From Psilocybe cubensis (taxonomy: Eukaryota): a stretch of 64,000 nt of DNA. A model generated the notes under the pieces. That model searched no databases. It was not told where the DNA came from and worked only from the letters and a program-made list of their open reading frames with translations. The translations under genes were made by a program, and so were the position numbers. How positions within the stretch are numbered: position 1 is the first letter of the stretch; each line of letters starts with the position of its first letter. This document shows positions 50,639 through 64,000 of this stretch, in pieces. The stretch lies in assembly GCA_017499595.2 (NCBI GenBank), contig CM039000.1:2542001-2606000 (forward strand), written 5' to 3'.

Positions 50639-52058
50639 TCAGAACTCGAGGAACTGGGAGGCGCTAGGATGGAACAGCTGCTGGAATGTAGAGTGGCGCT
50701 CTTGGCCAGTGAGACCTGGGATTTCTTCAGCAGGCGGGAGGGGTAGGTGCAAAAAATGACGAGTATCATCTACCGACGACGTGCGAGGGATGATAGGAGC
50801 CTAGAACGTAGAAAAAAAGATGAGCACTGGTTGGCATAGTGTTGATCAACATAGTTGACTTACGTTGATTTCGCGGCGTTCAAGAGCGTCCCAATCAACG
50901 CCCCTAAACCAAGGGTGATCAAGAATATCCTGGGGCCCGCCGATCATGTTCCCAAGACGTTTTGTGCGATCCGGATTTAGGAACGCTTTGATGAGATCAC
51001 GAGAGAGTCGGTCCATACTCTTTGGCCAGTGAATCTGCCCATTCAAGATCTTTTCGTAGATACCATAGGGTGATTCGTCAAAGAAAGGGGGATAACCAAC
51101 GAGCATCTCATAGCACAGAACACCGCAAGCCCACCAATCGGCGGCTTTGCCGTGACCATCGGATTGAATGATTTCTGGTGCGAGATATTCCGGAGTGCCA
51201 CAGAGAGTCCAAGTACGATCATCGACAATCTTTGCAAAGCCAAAGTCGGTAAGGCGCAGATAGCCTCTCGAGTCCAAGAGAAGGTTCTCGGGTTTGAGAT
51301 CACGATAGATGATGTTGAAAGAATGCAGGTACTTGAGGGCAAGAATGATAGTGGCGAGATAAAAACGGGTAACATCTGGAGTGAAACGATGGGCCCGACG
51401 AAGATGAGTGAAAAGCTCTCCACCTGGAACGTAGGACATGAGCATGTAGACGTTGAGACTGTCCTGGAAAGTGGCGAAAAGATCAACGACGAAGGGGTGG
51501 TGGACGCGGGAAAGAATGTAACGCTCTGCATTGACATGCTCGACCTGACGCAGCCGCACGATTTCTGTCTTGCGGAGAATCTTCATGGCGAAATAGCTCT
51601 GGGTACCCTGCGAAGAGGGCGTGCCCCTGTGACGGACCAAAAGGACCTTGCCAAAGGTACCCGTGCCTGTGAAAGAACGGGGATCGACCTGAATTGAGAT
51701 GACAAGCGGGGAAAGAGAAATATGACGCACCAAGGGTCCCCCTGACCTCAAAATCGGAGAGCTTAATGCCACTACGCTGGAGATGCTCCTTCTCGTCCTC
51801 GAGGAGACGCTGGGGGCGGGGCATGGGGTGTATTGGGGAATCTGCCTCTGGTGCGTCTGGATCGACGTCCATGAGGTCTGAGGGAAGGGTGTGTGGATTG
51901 TGTGTGTCGGGGATGCAGTCTACGTCGTCGCGGATATCTGGGATATGAGAATGCTTTGGAGACAATGGGGGTGTAAGAGGAGCATCTGGACAAACGAGAC
52001 GGGGCTCCTGGAAGGGAGCGGGGAGGGAGAGGGAGGGCCTGGAGAGAGAGGACGGCAT
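50639..52058 (-). CDS. cAMP-dependent protein kinase catalytic subunit-like (AGC; PRKX/secondary PKA type)
   Basis: GTGTFGKV, YRDLKPEN, DFGFAK, TWTLCGTPEYLAPE; C-terminal FLEF hydrophobic motif. Confidence 0.93.
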
Positions 52059-52068
52059 AAGTTACAGA

Positions 52069-52085
52069 GTGTGTGTGTGTGTGTG
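52069..52085. repeat. (GT)8/(AC)8 microsatellite in the 5' leader of the kinase gene
   Basis: gtgtgtgtgtgtgtgtg, 10 nt upstream of the ATG at 52058. Confidence 0.9.
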
Positions 52086-52250
52086 AGGCGCACTGCGCGT
52101 GGATGGAGTGCAAGAGCAAGAATCCAGCAGAGTATTATTCCCCACCGTCACTGTCACTCTAATGTCTTCTCGCGTCACATCAGCCCACGTCACGCCGTTT
52201 CATGGTGATCACGTCAATATTGAATTCAAACATATCAATTTGTTGCTTGC

Positions 52251-53566
52251 TTAGATCCCAAATGCAAACGATGCCAATCCGTACAAATCTACGATCGTAT
52301 GAACCGCCCCGCCCTCCCCAGCGCCCCCAGCTACATACAGCGGCACAAAGTGGTCCTCGCGTGGCTGCGACGCTCGGAATCCAGGGTGTCGCGGCAGCGC
52401 GAACAGTGCCTTCTTGCGCTCCTCCGCCTGTCGTGTGATGTTTTAGCCTCTTTCAGTATATCTGTCGTCCAACTCACCGAGTCTGTCGCAATCGCCTGGT
52501 GGATCGCCTGGTCAAATTCTTTGTGCACCGCGCGGGCCGTGTCTGGTGAAAATGACACCCGATCTCTCAGGTTATGCGCAGTCAGCCCACCCGCAAGTAT
52601 CAAGATTCCCTCCTCCCTGGCGATGGGTTGTCAGTCGCAAGGGGCAGCAGGAAATTGCGTTGGCCGTGGATACGCACCTCAGCTGCGCCACTGCTTTGCC
52701 GAGTTCCCAGTTTTTCTCGGGATCCATGCTAGAGTCGATCGATACTTGCACAATCGGAATCTCCGTAAACTCCTCTCCAAACATAATCCGGAATGGCACA
52801 AACACCCCATGGTCAAGTCCAGGTCCTGAAAATCCTCGACCATCCTCCCCGCGGCTCTCATGCACAGTCGTTAATCTGGCCTTTTGTCCAGCCTTTGCAT
52901 CATTTGGTTTAGCTCCTTTTTCGTGTCAAAATGTGTCAATTACCTTTTTGTACAAGTCAACAACATGTTGCGCGAGTTTGGAATCCCCTTTGGACTTGAA
53001 CTTGAGTTGATACAATTCAGGGGGGAAGCCGTAGTAATCCATCAGCAGAGGATTTTCAGGGTAATCAGACACTAGAATTTCAGGGCGTCAGTCCTTAATC
53101 CTGCTAGTATAAGAGCACTCTTAGTTTTACCCAGGCGCTCTCCATAGGTTTCCCAGTGTGCACTGAAGACGACAATGCCTTTTGGCCTGTATTTCTTCAA
53201 CAAGGTGGGTCCAAATTCTTTCAAAAATTGGGCCAGAGGGCCTTTGGGTCCATGATAACCCATCATACCACCATCTGAACCTTCAGTTGGCGGAAAGGCT
53301 AACATAGGGGACCCATGTGCAAAAAAGAACGCGGGAATCTTCTCCGGTGTGGCAGGCAGCGACTCGAGGGCCGCATGCCAGCTCGTAGCGCTGGTAGACA
53401 TCTTTGGATTTACGCTTGTTCGGTACGTCCTGGCGAGATGCCTCAAACTCGCTTTGAAGGTTGACAGTGGCAGATTGTCGCCGTAGTAAGAGATGAAGAA
53501 AGCTGAGAGCAAAGTAACCGCAATGAACTGGGCGATACCTGAAACGCCGAAAAGGCGCTGAAGCAT
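52251..53566 (-). CDS. LigB-type extradiol ring-cleavage dioxygenase (YgiD/DOPA 4,5-dioxygenase-like)
   Basis: FFAHGSP, FSAHWET, DYYGFP, GLDHGVFVP, GGLTAHNL, PREDHFVPL. Two in-frame ATGs (53566, 53401). Confidence 0.9.
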
Positions 53567-53991
53567 ACAATGAAGATTGTTATACTGCTGAGAGTACCAG
53601 GACACTGTTTATATAGCGTGCGATGACGAGAATAGGGTCATTTGGACTTGCTAATACCCAATACGCTTTACAAGCCAAATTGAAGATGATTTGAAAAACG
53701 TTTAGTAATCAGAATGACGAGGGGCACTTTGCAGCGTCATTTGAATTCCTAATGCTCGTCCTGAGAACTCGTTGCAAGCCTATGAGAATGCGAAAATCAT
53801 GGCCATGGCCATGCCAACTGACTTGGGTTTTCCCGTTCGAATGACAGGCTAGCACTGATACAACTGAGTCTTTGAGAGTTTCTGACCAAGCGCCTAAATA
53901 TAACTTGATCGTGAGAAAATATTTAGCCTCTGGTCATCGTCAACTCATTATGCAGGCCTGGCCTTAGCTCTGTCTATAGTCGTCGCGAACA

Positions 53992-55359
53992 ATGGCAGCT
54001 CGTCCCGCAGTTGGCGGTTGGTTGAAAGGAAAGACGGTGCGCAAAGGTGGTGCTTTACCATCAAATACCCACACTCGTTCGTCTACGCCTCAAGTCCAAA
54101 GCACTTCGTCGACGGTATTCGGTGGTGGTGTCAAGGATGCATCTGGACGAACATCGGAATTCTTTGTGCGTGTATCAATCTTTGCAGCCCTGAAACCAAC
54201 TTAATAGACTATATTTTACCAGTCTATGGACGACCAATGTCCTGTCTGTAAGAGTGATAGATACCTAAACCCCAAATTACGACTCTTGGTTAGCTCTTGC
54301 TACCACAAAATGTGTGTGTGTGCCTCTCCGTATCATCGCAACTATATGTTGATCTTGAGCAGGTGTGAATCTTGCATTGATCGCTTATTTACTCTGGGCC
54401 CAGCACCATGTCCAATCTGCAATAAAGTTCTGAGAAAGTTGGCATTTACACCCCAGACGTTTGAAGACTTGACCGTCGAGAAGGAAGTCGCGGTCAGAAG
54501 GCGCATCGCAAAAGAGTAAGCAAGTTGAGAAATTGATAGGATAGTCGACCAACCCTATTTTTAGGTTCAACAAAAGACGAGAGGATTTTCCTGATCTACG
54601 TTCATATAATGACTACCTAGAAGAGGTGGAAGACATTAGTCCGTTCTTCTGTTCTTTGCGTGGATAGTCAACAAAGCTGACTTGCTTCAAGCCTTTAATC
54701 TCATAAACGAGGTCGATGTCCCTCAAACGGAAGCTCGAATAGCAGCATACCGTGCAGAAAATGCCGCTCTCATCGAGCTCAATGTCCAACGTGAAGAAGC
54801 ATACGCCCAAAATCTAAAGGAGCAGGAGGAAGCCGAAAGACGCGAGCGCGAACTACGTGCATCTCAGCTACGCAGAGAAGAGGAAGAAGAACGCGAAGAA
54901 CGAGAAAAAGACAAACGGGAAATCATCGACAAGCTGGAGTCTAGCGACAAGAACGCCGCGAAGCTGATCGCGAAGAGCAGAGCCAACGCATTGAAACGAT
55001 CATCTGCGCGTGCAGCCTCAACGACGGTCATTCAAAGCAATGCGAAGCTGCTCAGGACCAGGGCAGCCACGGACATTCCTGATGTGCCGCATGTTCCTTT
55101 CAACGATAACTTTTACTGCTACGAAGATATGTACTCTATGCGCCAGGGATACGATGATTTCTTCAGCGAAGCTGTAAGAAAAGATCGGGAGGGTATTATG
55201 AGAGCAGGTGGTTATAAGGTAGAGGAAGCATGGGAAAGAGCGTTAAGATTTGCTGTGGCAGGACTTGACCTAGCCCCCCTTGTAGGTTCCGAAGGGGTGC
55301 AGGAATCTTTTCCTCCGCCAACAGAATCGACTGGTGATGTTGTTATGTCAGTGAGTTAA
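53992..55359 (+). CDS. TFB3: TFIIH/CAK assembly factor Mat1 (RING)
   Basis: [50 protein letters not shown]. Confidence 0.93.
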
Positions 55360-55504
55360 GAAGTAATATGATATTTGATTTGTTTACTATTGTACTGTAA
55401 TTTTACTGTATTGTACATGTGGTTTTGGTGAAATATGAGCAAAGTTTTACTAAAAAGATTACATCGACTTTGGTGTATCTAGATTCATTAAACAATACAT
55501 GCCA

Positions 55505-57370
55505 TTATATTTTCGTGCTTCTGACCTGCTTTAATTGCGATTTTTCGTAGTCTGTCAATGGCGCTGTCATCGGAAAGTAAAGAATCTGGTAAAGTTTCTT
55601 CTTTCTGGGTGTAAGTATTAGCCAGGCGGCATATTTGCTTCAAAAAAATAGACTAACTGTAGTCTTTTTGGCTCCAGCCGGAATTTTTTAAGCATGGCAA
55701 CTAGATCCAGCCCTCCTTCAACATTGGCACTTGAACCAGTCTTAAAGAGTCCGTTTTTAATCGGCGAGAAAGGTGTCTTAGGATTCAACGTTCCCGTTTG
55801 ACCACTTTCCTCGACGCCGAGATCTTGGTCGTTTTGAATTTCAGAATACTTTCGCTTCAGCGTTGTGGGGCTCTGTCCGATGGCAGAATTACACATGCGA
55901 GAAAATTCTGCCAGCGCTGCTTCGCGTACATTCGATGATGGCTTGCTGTAAATTAATGGTTTATTCAGCTGGACATTATGCGGCTGGATTGAATTTCATA
56001 CTATGACGGGTCAAATACTAAAAGGCTCGTTACTCCATTCTTATCCGTTTCGTAGCCGACCACTGTTCTTGAATGTCCATCATGTTGTAATATGATAGGC
56101 ATTTTGTCACTGGTAGCGATTGTGGATATCCCGAGGGATTCATATGCATTGGATGGCTTGGGATTCAATTGATTTAGGCTGAAATAGTTGATTACCCAAT
56201 TCACGACTAGATCAGAGACTGATTCTGTGAAACTCGCAATGAGTAGAATAGAAATGGGAAATTTAATTCAAGTACCCTTTGATTTTGAGGATAAATCGAA
56301 ATCAACCAACTCGGCGCTAGTGCAACTATTAAAACTTTAGAGCATAGAGAAGAGAAAAACAAACGCACGGTATTCCTCGGGAGACGAAAGCAACCCATAG
56401 ATCTATAGAAATTCAGATGATGAATAGTCACTTCAGACAGTGCATATAGAACAAAAAAGAGTCTACCAGCAGTTCCAATCCATTTTTTTGTCCCCACCAA
56501 TTTCTTCAATTCTGTTCTCCCTTCATTGTCGAATCCTGGAACGAAGTATTCAAGTGAGGTTACATAGCATTTGAAGCAGGAATTTCCCACCTTCACTCCA
56601 GGCAGCTTCAATCCAGGTCTGTAGATTCCGTATACTCGGAGACAGAGGAAAGTCCAAAAGAGGAAAATACAACGGTTGTTGGGTTTGATTCATGAGGCTC
56701 GCGCAAGCCATGAGAAAGTTGCGATAACTGGAAAGTTTAATTACGAGTTAGAGCGATATTAGTTAGACTCTAGGCTCACCCGCAGCCCCAATTGGCATCC
56801 CAGGGTTCTCTGTTACAGTGGACGGCGTTTTCGTAACAAAGCACGGCCTTTCGAGTTTGCCCTCGTGCATGGCTTTTGACTAAAGCCTTCCGCAGGAGTG
56901 GTATGATACCTAGACACAGGATTGATGCTCAGGGACAAGTTTCAGATAGACACGAATGCACTTACCAGGCGTGAAACTAGGAGGAGGAGGGTTAGCCTGC
57001 GCAGCATACCAGAAATCATCCGACTCTTTCATGCAAGGAAATGGCCCGCTTGGTTTTTTCTTTCCCTTGACAGGACCTGAGATAGCTTTTCGATTATGAT
57101 ATTGTTTTCGAGACTGGGACATTGAATCTACATCGATTGGCATCGAACTTGAACCTATGGTGGTAAGTAACCTATCAACGCGACTTCAAATAGGGGTACA
57201 AAATATTCACCTTCGACCTGTTTGTCTAGATCATTGAGGTGCTTGTCGTAATGAAGTTGGCGATGGGAAATCGATAGAGCATCCAGATTCATGGAGCAAA
57301 TTGCACAACGCACTGACTGGAATTCAATCTCATCATCAACGTTGGTCCTCCGCGGTTCGGAATGTGGCAT
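55505..57370 (-). CDS. ZUFSP/Mug105-like C78-fold cysteine peptidase (putative deubiquitinase)
   Basis: N-terminal CxxC..H..H finger; DANWGCGYRN (catalytic Cys), GFD, KWIGT, ILQHDGHSRTVVG, LVFDP. Confidence 0.85.
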
Positions 57371-57657
57371 TCTTGTTTGGCAAACTATTGAGGTTGAACG
57401 TTGAGTCGTCACCAGTCACCCAGCCAGATATCGGTTTCCAGGTGCAAGAGGGAGAAAATTCTGTATAGTTAGACTGATAAACACGGCGGAAACTACGATG
57501 AGGGTATATGTATGATATAGTAACAGAACTCTTTTTAATTAGAAAGGCCGAAGAGGTCAGTCACGTCGGTAATTAGATACAGCGTGTCATGTGACGGCAG
57601 GCGAATCTGCTCTTGGACGCGCGTCCTGAGGATCCTAATAGCTTTCTCCTCTAAACC

Positions 57658-58881
57658 ATGTCCAGGTCTTACGATCGCGGTACGACTATCTCGTATCGAC
57701 GTGAGATACACACTAACGGATATTTCAATACTAGCGCTTACTGTTTTCTCCCCTGACGGCCATCTCTTTCAGGTTTGTACATACATCTATCACTACGGTC
57801 TGTCCCTGAACAAGCCATTTTCATGAACAGGTCGAATATGCCCTCGAGGCAGTCAGAAAGGGTACATGCGCTGTAAGTCAACAACTTTATCTTATTTCTT
57901 TGTCGCGTTTCCTCATTCTGGCAGGTCGGTGTTCGCGGCAAAGACGTAGTAGTTCTCGGCGTTGAAAAGAAGTCAATCCTTCAACTGCAAGATCCTCGAA
58001 CAGTACGCAAAGTTGTCATGTTGGATGACCACATTTGCCTTGCATTTGCTGGTATGTCGTTTTGTGTTCTTTGGGAGCCAATGCGCTTACAACTTCTGCA
58101 GGGTTAACCGCTGACGGTAGAGTCTTGATCGATAAAGCGCGTATAGAATGCCAGAGCCATCGCCTTACCGTGGAAGACCCTGTAACGGTTGAATACATAA
58201 CAAGACATATTGCTGGAATCCAACAGGTACGTACTGCACTTGCTTCTGACAAGTTATTTGGTTGACTGTATTACGTTTCCAAGAGGTACACACAATCAGG
58301 TGGTGTTAGACCATTCGGAATCTCCACCCTCATCGTTGGTTTCGATCCCCATGATTCAAAGCCCCGCCTCTATCAAACAGAACCCAGCGGGATTTACAGT
58401 GCATGGAAGGTTCGAATATTTGGATTCGTTACCTTTGTTTATATTGACTGCTCTATAGGCAAATGCTATTGGTCGTTCGTCAAAAACTGTGAGAGAATTT
58501 TTGGAGAAGAATCACCGAGACGACATGGAACGAGAGGAGTCAATCAAACTAACGGTGAAGAGTTTGTTGGAAGTGGTTCAGACAGGCGCCAAAAACATCG
58601 AAATCAGCGTGATGGAGAGTTACGGCAAAGTCACAGTGGGTCAAGCAAGCCTTCGTACAGATCACTCACTAAAATAGTAACCCAGAATCTGGAGCTGTCT
58701 GAAATTGAGGCGATTGTTGCTGAAATTGAGCGAGAGAAAGAAGCGGGTATGTTAAGATTCCCTTGCCAATTTGCACAGAATCCTGACTCATATTTTGTCT
58801 ACAGAGGCGGAACGGAAGAGGTCGAGATTGGCTGCGACCGCTGCGGGGCAAGCAGCAATGACACAGCGCGCTGGAGAGTAA
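57658..58881 (+). CDS. PRE6: 20S proteasome subunit alpha-4
   Basis: [57 protein letters not shown]. Confidence 0.95.
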
Positions 58882-59058
58882 CCGCTTGGTTTATACCTTT
58901 GTACTGTACATATATGAATATGAGAAAGTTGGGACGTGTCTTAACGTGTCGGTCTACTAATTGCATTACGTCAGCTGATCTTGCTATGACTTGTGATCGC
59001 AGGCGTGTTGTCGAGTACATATAACCTAGTCGCGTCTGTCCCGTTTGCCTGTGTCTCC

Positions 59059-62000
59059 ATGTCCATCCTTAATCCGACCCATTCACCTACCCCGGCTTTA
59101 CTGAAACATGTTTTGCTGTCTGAGATTCTGGCGGTGACCACCGTCATGCGCAAGAACTCACGCTGGGCGTCATCCATGCACACTATGACTATTAGAGAAT
59201 CGCCCGCTCTGGGGACTAATATGGGTCTACGAATATCCTCGCCAGTGAACCAGACGCGCGTTTCTGTAAGATATACTAGAGAGGCGGAACTTATGGCCGG
59301 TTTTCTTGAACTCAAGAGGTCCGTGAAGGATATGCACGGTACGTCGAGTATTCTTTATGTCGCGTTCGATGGATTAAAGTATGTGCGCAGATATCCGTCA
59401 AGTAGACCTTAATGAGCTACTTTCTCCATTCTTCGCTATATTGCGATCGCCTCTTTCTACAGGACCCATCACATCTGCGGCTCTCTCAGCTCTTCACAGC
59501 TTCTTCATATGCGGCTTGATCTCCCCTAACTCGCCTTCGTTGGATTCAACTTTGATAGAACTAAGCAATACCATCTCGCATTGCAAATTTGAGGCTAGCG
59601 ACTCCTCCGGTGATGAGGTTGTACTTCTAAGGATCATGACCGTTATACAAGATTGCTTGTGTGGGTCCGTGGGTAGCGGTTTGGGAGACATAGAGGTCTG
59701 TGAAATGTTGGAGACAGTTTTAACGACGTGTTGTCAAATGCGTTTGAGTGGTAAGCTACCTTACTTTATCATTCATATATTTTTATAAACACATTGTAGA
59801 AACTCTCCGTCGCTCTGCCGAAACGACCATGCACATACTCGTTAGAACTGTTTTCTCAAAGCTACATACGCTGGACCCTGAAGAAGAAGAAGCAAAACTT
59901 CTTACGGGAAATGACGACGAAGCGGCTGAAATTGAACTGCGCGTTTCTGTCCCGGCAAAAGACGAGAAAGCCGTATCAGAAGAATCCTTCTCCGCCGAAA
60001 CTGCAGTTGAGCAAGACCAGAAAGAGGAACAGATTGCAGAACTAGAGAAAGAAAAAGAGAAGGAGGAAGTGGAGGTCCCACCCACGCCAATGTCACCAAC
60101 GAACCGACCAGAATGTAGGTCTTTTACCCATTTGAATTGGATTCAAAGACTTAAGATCTACAGATGGCCTCCCTTCAATACTTGAGTTGCTTCGTGTTCT
60201 GGTCAATGTTTTGGACCCGAACGATCAGCAGCACACTGATTCAACACGGCTAATGGCTCTGGGCATTCTCAATGCAGCTTTCGAGGAATCTGGATCAATT
60301 CTTGCACAGTTTCCTTCCTTGAAGGCGATCGTAGTTGATCCAGGATGCAAGTTTCTCTTTCAGCTCGCCCGGTCTGAAAACAACAATGTACTGCACTGGG
60401 CTCTTCGCACTATATCGACTATCTTGGACACTATGAGAAAACACCTGAAACTTCAACAAGAATTATTTTTGACGTTCACCATAGATAGACTCACTCCTCC
60501 TGCTTCTATTCTTCCAAAAGGTCAAGGAAACACACCTATGCTTGGTTCTTCAAAATCACGAAATTACTCCCCGTCACCGAGACCTGGAACACCGAATGCT
60601 AATAGTCCGCTGTTGATGCCGGCCGACAAATCAGACTCTGATAGTGCTGCTGCGTCTCCTGCGAGGCTTTCGGTACCTCCTGCTCGTGGGGAAACTCGGG
60701 ACCTCATATTAGAGACTCTCAGCCAGATTTCTGGCCACCCAAGCTTTATGGTTGATCTCTATACCAATTATGACTGTGACATCAATTGCGAAAATCTTTT
60801 TGAGCGACTTATTGACTTCCTCACCAAGGTAATTACCAATTTGATTTAACGTCTTACTCCTCCGCTGAAATTCGACATAAGTCTGTATATCCTTCCAATC
60901 AGGGAGCGACACTGGACTCTCAGAGGAATGTGCAATACATATGCCTGGAGCTTCTACTGTCATTCGTAAATGATATGACAGCGCGTGCTAATGATGTTGG
61001 TGATCTTTCCATAAATTAAGTGTTTGTTGAGTTTAAATCCGTGCTCATTAGGTTACATCCGCGTCAGCATGGCCATCGGTACGAACTTCGCAACTTCCTC
61101 CATTTTTCTTCTGCTTATGTTTGGCTCATGTCGGAACAGGATGTCCAATCGACAGAGTCCCTTCTTCAGGCAAAATCGAAGAAACAGCTCATTTTAACCG
61201 GTGCAACTCGCTTCAACACAAAACCCAAGGCTGGCCTTGCATTCCTCGAAGAGAACAAGCTCATATATGCGGATCTCTCTCCTGAAGTTTCAAAGAACCG
61301 TAGTCTGGCAATGTTCCTCAAGGGTTCCAGCAGGATCGATAAACGTCTACTTGGTGACTTTTTATCCAAACCAGATAACCTTGACCTGCTCAAGGAGTTT
61401 GTGGGACTATTCGATTTCAAGGATGTAAGATGATTTTTTAATCTGCTTTTCTAATTTACCTATGGCCATGTAGAAACCTGTAGCAGAAGCTATGCGAGAG
61501 ATGCTTGAGGCATTCCGCCTTCCCGGAGAATCGCAACAAATCTCACGGATTGCGGAAACATTCGCATCGACTTATTTTGCAGCAGGCCCTGGTGGGTTTC
61601 TTACAACTTCCAAATGTGTCATTGATTTAACTAGTTAAACTTGCCTCAGCCGAAATAAAGAGTGAAGATGCCACACACGTTCTTGCATACTCCATCATCA
61701 TGCTTAACACCGACCAACATAACCCTCAAGTCAGAGTACGTTTGGAAGTTGTCTTATGTCATAATGCTCAATTTTCTCATAATCTTATTCAATAGAAAAG
61801 GATGACAATTGACGACTACAAACGAAATCTAAGAGGCGTGAACGACGGCTCAGATTTTTCGGCCGAGTTCCTTGTAAGTTCGCTTTCATTGTTCTTGGCA
61901 GGGTGTTTACCTTCAAGTTATGCTTCTTTAGCAAAACATATATGATTCGATTCGCAAGCGCGAGATCGTCATGCCGGAAGAGCACATCGGTCAGCTGGGT

Positions 62001-64000
62001 TTCGAGTATGCATGGAAGGAATTGTTGGCCCGGTCACGACAAACAGGTCTATATTCTAAGTCCGGCGGACATTAGCTGAATGCTGACCAATAATTTCGTT
62101 CTAGGAGAATACATTGTCTGCAACACCTCAGCATTTGATATCGAAATGTTCAAGGCAGTTTGGAGACCCGTAATATCCGCAATCGCATACGCATTCATCA
62201 GCTTTGAAGATGATTATATCATACAACGTGCTATTGCAGGCTTCCGACAGTGCGCCACCCTTGCAGGACATTTCCGATTACCTGATGTCTTCGATTTCGT
62301 GGTTGTTTCACTGTCTCAAGCAACCAGTCTGCTATCGGACTCTTTGCCTGCACACGTCCCCGTTTACCCCGTGATAGACGTTGAAGGACAGTCCGTTACA
62401 GTTTCTAGGCTATCAGTAGAGTTCGGGACCAACTTTAGGGGCCAACTCGCTGCAGTTGTCCTTTTCAACATTGTCAACGGCAACGGTAACGCTTTAAGGG
62501 AAGGATGGACTCAAGTGATTTTTTATATCCCTGTCCTTAGTCTATTATTTCTGACCAGTGACTGCTTTCCTGCAGATCTTCGAAATGTTCCAAAATCTTT
62601 TTCTTCATTCGCTGTTACCAACGAGAATGTTGCAAATGGAGGACTTCCTTGGAGGTGTTACAATGATACCTCTTCGTGGGAGTCAGCCCTCTAGATCGCA
62701 AGTTCGCAGCGAAGGAGGACTTTTGTCTGCACTATCTTCCTATCTGATGACTCCATACAGTTCTGATATGGGCGTCCCGGACGCAACAGAGGCTGATGTT
62801 GAAAGTACACTTTCAACAATTGACTGTATAACATCCTGCCGGTTGGATGAGTTATATAGTCAGATCATGTATGCTTCTAAAATTCTTTTGCTGAGAAGGT
62901 TTTGACAACGTTTTAATCTAGTCAACTTGAACCAGAAGCATTAGTGGCTGCTGTACGCGCACTTGAAGCACTCGCTCATGAAAGGACGGTCGCCAAGCTA
63001 AAAATCCAGTCTGATGATTCCATCCCTCCGCTTGACGATAGGGGAAATCATCAACTTCCTTATGATCCAGCTTCCGTATTCCTATTGGAGATTATGGTCA
63101 GTATTACCAGTCAGGCCCCGCAGTACATTGAAGAATTATGGTATTTGAAATATTTTTTCATGTCAATTCCAGACTTACTTACCTTCTATTAGGCCGATTG
63201 TCTTTGAACATCTATCTGCTGTCCTATCAACCCCGACAGAATACAGTATACTTCTGATTGAAAGGGCTGTTGTGTGCCTCTTGCGTCTTTGTCAACTTTT
63301 GGCTCAGCATGTAAGCACCTAACCATTTTCATCTGACCCGTGGCTTATTTGGCTTTAGCCCCCACTGCGAGATCAGGTTTATGTGGCCTTCGACCTACTT
63401 GGTGGACTACCGCCCTCCATTTCAAATCTTGTCGGAGAGCAAGTAATTGCTGGGCTCATCTTAGTTATTCAAAAACACAAAGATATCATTCGGTATTTCG
63501 TCCCACCGAACATCTGCTGAAAAATAATCTGATTGATACATATAGATCTCAAACTGAATGGCATCTTGTATTCGCCATGATACGATCCACAATGGCGCAT
63601 GCCGAAGCAGCGCGTATGTCCTTCGAACTTATCGAAACATTAGCAGCCGAAGGGCCAGACAATTTGGTTACCCCTGATAATTTCTCTGGCCTGTTGACTG
63701 TACTGGACGACTTCGCAACCTCAGCGAGTACACTACAGGAACAACATCAACACAGAGGCCGTCGTGCGGAACCGTTAACCACGTCGAAGTAACTAGCTTA
63801 TATATTATTTATTATCACCGTGTGCTCATATTTTCTTTCATTTAGTTCACCAAGCATCAGTAGGGGCAAGAAGGCTGTTGATCTACTTCCCGTATTGCAC
63901 AAAAAATTATTAACGTTCCTTCAGGCCTCTCAAGTGGATGAAGTGCAAGGTCAGGCATGAGTTTCTCTAAGGCAATACCTTGTTCTAACTTTTCCTTCAG
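59059..64000 (+). CDS. Sec7-domain Arf GEF of the Gea/GBF1 family (3' end beyond window)
   Basis: GPITSAAL, CKFEASD, NYDCD, FRLPGESQQISR, LAYSIIMLNTDQHN, IVMPEEH. Confidence 0.93.

Noticed and set aside
21190-64000. Apparent ER-Golgi trafficking cluster (YPT1, SRP101, SFT2-like, BET4, GEA)
   Set aside because: The genes are scattered over 40 kb among unrelated housekeeping genes; this is expected by chance for a large functional class.

Overview
Gene-dense, intron-rich fungal genomic DNA (short ~50-70 nt GT-AG introns with CTRAY-type branch sites; gene content typical of an agaric basidiomycete). About 34 protein-coding genes can be reconstructed by splicing, mostly housekeeping: M24 peptidase, MFS transporter, long-chain acyl-CoA synthetase, PEF1, HAD hydrolase, QCR10, NOP16, a Zn2Cys6 transcription factor, YPT1, IMG2, SRP101, GLO2, SFT2-like, EDC4-like, BET4, SYF1, SSF1, a heme lyase, nitronate monooxygenase, a WD40 protein, a PKA-like kinase, a LigB dioxygenase, TFB3, a ZUFSP-like DUB, PRE6 and a GEA/GBF1 Arf-GEF. 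Several genes are invisible to the ORF track because their exons are tiny: a 34-aa metallothionein, QCR10 and a tandem pair of zinc-ribbon genes. The most striking signals are in splicing. A 1-nucleotide exon splits the Gly codon of the GYGxTE motif of the acyl-CoA synthetase over three exons. The glyoxalase II stop codon overlaps a splice donor, so splicing would append a peroxisomal PKL tripeptide; the same gene also has an upstream mitochondrial-type start. There are three GC-AG introns, many micro-exons, and a divergent gene pair whose ATGs are only 39 nt apart. No transposon, rRNA, tRNA or CRISPR feature was recognised. All exon models were derived by eye and all family assignments come from motif recognition, not database searches.
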